Positions 38,213 to 39,656 of a stretch of DNA of 39,656 nucleotides are shown piece by piece. The notes under the pieces were generated by a model that was given only the letters and a program-made list of their open reading frames with translations, was not told the DNA's origin and ran no database searches. The position numbers and the translations under genes are program-made. Every line of letters begins with the position of its first letter. The stretch's first letter is position 1. The stretch is from Actinomycetota bacterium (GTDB lineage: Bacteria > Actinomycetota > UBA4738 > HRBIN12), in assembly GCA_036554665.1 (NCBI GenBank), contig DATBMU010000035.1:1-39656 (forward strand). The letters run 5' to 3'.

Positions 38213-39364
38213 TCACCCGAGGATCCGCGCGTCGCCGTAGCCGGCCGCGAGGTCCTCGTGATCCGCGAACCGGCGCGGGTCGAACTGCGCGAGCCCCGGG
38301 TCGGTCTCGGCGCCGGTGACGAGGTCGGCCACGTGCCGCCCGAGCGCCGGCGCGAGCTTGAACCCGTGCCCGCTCGTCCCGGCGTCGACGAACACGCCGT
38401 CGGCGATCTCGCCGATCACCGGCTGCCAGTCCGGGCTGACGTCGTACAGGCTCGCCCACCCGCCTCGGGGCTCCGCCCGCTCGAGCGCCGGGACGCGACG
38501 GACGACGCGGCCGCCGAGGTCGGCGGACTCGGGCTCCCCGAGGCGTTCGTCGTACCGGTCGGGATCGATCTGCGGCTCGGGGTGCAGCGGCCCGACGAGG
38601 AACAGCTCCTCGCCCTCGGGGCGGAAGTAGTAGCCGTTCGGCAGGTCGCCGTGCGCCGGCATCGGCTCGGCGCCTCCCCACGCGAACGTCGCGACCACGT
38701 GGCGCTCGACCGTCAGTGGCAGGTCGCCGCCCACGCGCGCCGCGAGCGGCTTCGTCCAGGGTCCGGCCGCGAGCAGCACGCGCCCGGCGGAGATCCGTTC
38801 GCCGTCCTCGGTCACGACCGCCCAGCCCGAGCCGTCGCGCACGAGGTCGGTCGCGCGGCGTCCCAGCCGCGGGGTCATGCCGAACTCCCGTGCCCGGTCG
38901 AACAGCCCCTGCGTGGTGAGGACCGGGTCGGCGTGGCCCGCGTCCCGCTCATGCGCGCCGATCGCGATGCCCTGGAGGTCGAACGCCGGCCACTCGGCCG
39001 AGATCTCCTCCGGCGTGAGCAGGTCCGTCGGGATGCCCTGGCCGTTGAGCCGAGGCACGACCTCGCGCACCTGCGCCTCGTCCTCGGGCGGGTGGAGCAC
39101 GAGCAGCCCGGTCTCGCGGAACGCCGCGTCGCGGCCCGTGTGCTCGGCGAAGTCGCGGAACATCGCGATGCTCTCCCGGGCGACGTCGGCGAGGAACGGG
39201 TTCGTGTAGTAGGCGCGGCAGATCGCGCTCGATCGACCGGTCGGGCCGGCGGCCGGCGCGTCCTTCTCGATCACCGCGACGTCGACGCCGCGCCCCGCCA
39301 GGTGGAACGCGACGGCAGCGCCGTGCACCCCGGCGCCCACGACCGCGACGTCGAAGGACCTCAT
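38213..39364 (-). CDS. FAD-dependent oxidoreductase (DAO / sarcosine-oxidase-beta-like)
   Basis: Start ATG 39364 (MRSFDVAVVGAGVHGAAVAFHLA, a GxGxxG dinucleotide fold). C-terminal GTSGHGFKLAP. The track ORF is 36 codons longer. Confidence 0.8.
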   Translation of the reverse strand: MRSFDVAVVGAGVHGAAVAFHLAGRGVDVAVIEKDAPAAGPTGRSSAICRAYYTNPFLADVARESIAMFRDFAEHTGRDAAFRETGLLVLHPPEDEAQVREVVPRLNGQGIPTDLLTPEEISAEWPAFDLQGIAIGAHERDAGHADPVLTTQGLFDRAREFGMTPRLGRRATDLVRDGSGWAVVTEDGERISAGRVLLAAGPWTKPLAARVGGDLPLTVERHVVATFAWGGAEPMPAHGDLPNGYYFRPEGEELFLVGPLHPEPQIDPDRYDERLGEPESADLGGRVVRRVPALERAEPRGGWASLYDVSPDWQPVIGEIADGVFVDAGTSGHGFKLAPALGRHVADLVTGAETDPGLAQFDPRRFADHEDLAAGYGDARILG

Positions 39365-39555
39365 AGCGTCAGTTCCCGGACCTGCCCGATCCCATGGCTG
39401 GGTCAAACGACGAAGAGGAAGCCAGCGATGGCAGGTCGGCCACGTCACCTTTCCTCGGTACAACGCGAGCACGCACGCGCTTGAGGAGCTTGGACATGTC
39501 CGAGGTCCCTCCGTAATGGATACGCGGAGCGTCGCCGGGCTCCTAGGATACCTGC

Positions 39556-39656
39556 ATGGCTGCGTGCCCTCGGTGCGGGCACGAACCCCCGCCCGACGCG
39601 CTCTTCGGCCCCGCCTGTGGGGCCAGCCTGGCGGCGGACGTCACGCGAGAAGAGCG
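39556..39656 (+). CDS. 5' end of a gene with a zinc-ribbon-like N-terminus (partial, runs off the window)
   Basis: AGGA 7 nt before ATG 39556. MAACPRCGHEPPPDALFGPACGASL. Only 33 codons are visible. Confidence 0.35.
   Translation, partial: MAACPRCGHEPPPDALFGPACGASLAADVTREE

Noticed and set aside
39394-39516. 41-codon plus-strand ORF (MAGSNDEEEASDG...) between the flavoenzyme gene and the zinc-ribbon gene
   Set aside because: It has no SD and a mediocre fraction of G/C-ending codons. It lies antisense to the slightly better-supported minus-strand leader ORF.

Overview
Very GC-rich segment (by eye above 70% G+C, third codon positions almost all G or C). Gene content and synteny look actinobacterial. 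No searches were run, so every family call rests on motifs I recognise in the translations, plus start/stop geometry and codon bias.

I support 48 protein-coding genes and one tRNA-Ala(CGC). One CDS is partial at the right edge. One 58-codon gene is missing from the ORF track. I see no rRNA, CRISPR array, transposase or integrase. Many long track ORFs are antisense or off-frame shadows, or N-terminally over-extended versions of real genes.

Layout, left to right:
- 0-3.9 kb: stress-type small genes (glycine-zipper protein, STAS antagonist, CBS pair), a bacterial type IB topoisomerase coupled to a small acidic ORF, and small membrane proteins.
- 3.9-7.5 kb: mmuM, rlmN and an ABC-F ATPase.
- 7.5-12.4 kb: an envelope block (MltB-like lipoprotein, GT87/DUF2029 mannosyltransferase-like GT-C, a second polytopic protein, a repeat-containing lipoprotein).
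- 12.4-17.1 kb: tldD/pmbA, then a histidine kinase and OmpR-type regulator.
- 17.2-23.8 kb: an eight-gene operon.
- 23.8-26.8 kb: uppP, an orphan CpaB/SAF protein, a small ORF, mtnP and an FmdB-type zinc-ribbon protein.
- 26.9-31.0 kb: galU, moeA (Glp-like), moaC, a SepX/GlpR-like membrane protein, a translin-family protein and tRNA-Ala.
- 31.0-32.4 kb: two type II toxin-antitoxin pairs.
- 32.4-39.7 kb: MFS (DHA2) exporter, a duplicated 4-TM protein, SulP permease, PAP2 phosphatase coupled to proline dehydrogenase, and a DAO-family flavoenzyme.

Best candidate for an undescribed system is the 17.2-23.8 kb operon. Seven CDS are chained by 4-nt start/stop overlaps. It combines the parts of a lipid-linked sugar relay (GT2, SDR, small 4-TM protein, GT-C-like protein) with a CofC-like DUF2064 protein, a SAM methyltransferase, a 5-TM/Tat-motif molybdoenzyme and a DM13 protein. 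An intramembrane-type two-component system is encoded divergently from it.

Other notable points: three genes whose conserved or hydrophobic N-termini only fit a CTG start, a translin/C3PO-like gene next to a tRNA, a coding-quality ORF directly in frame behind the mtnP TAG, and several perfect repeats and palindromes in divergent promoter regions.
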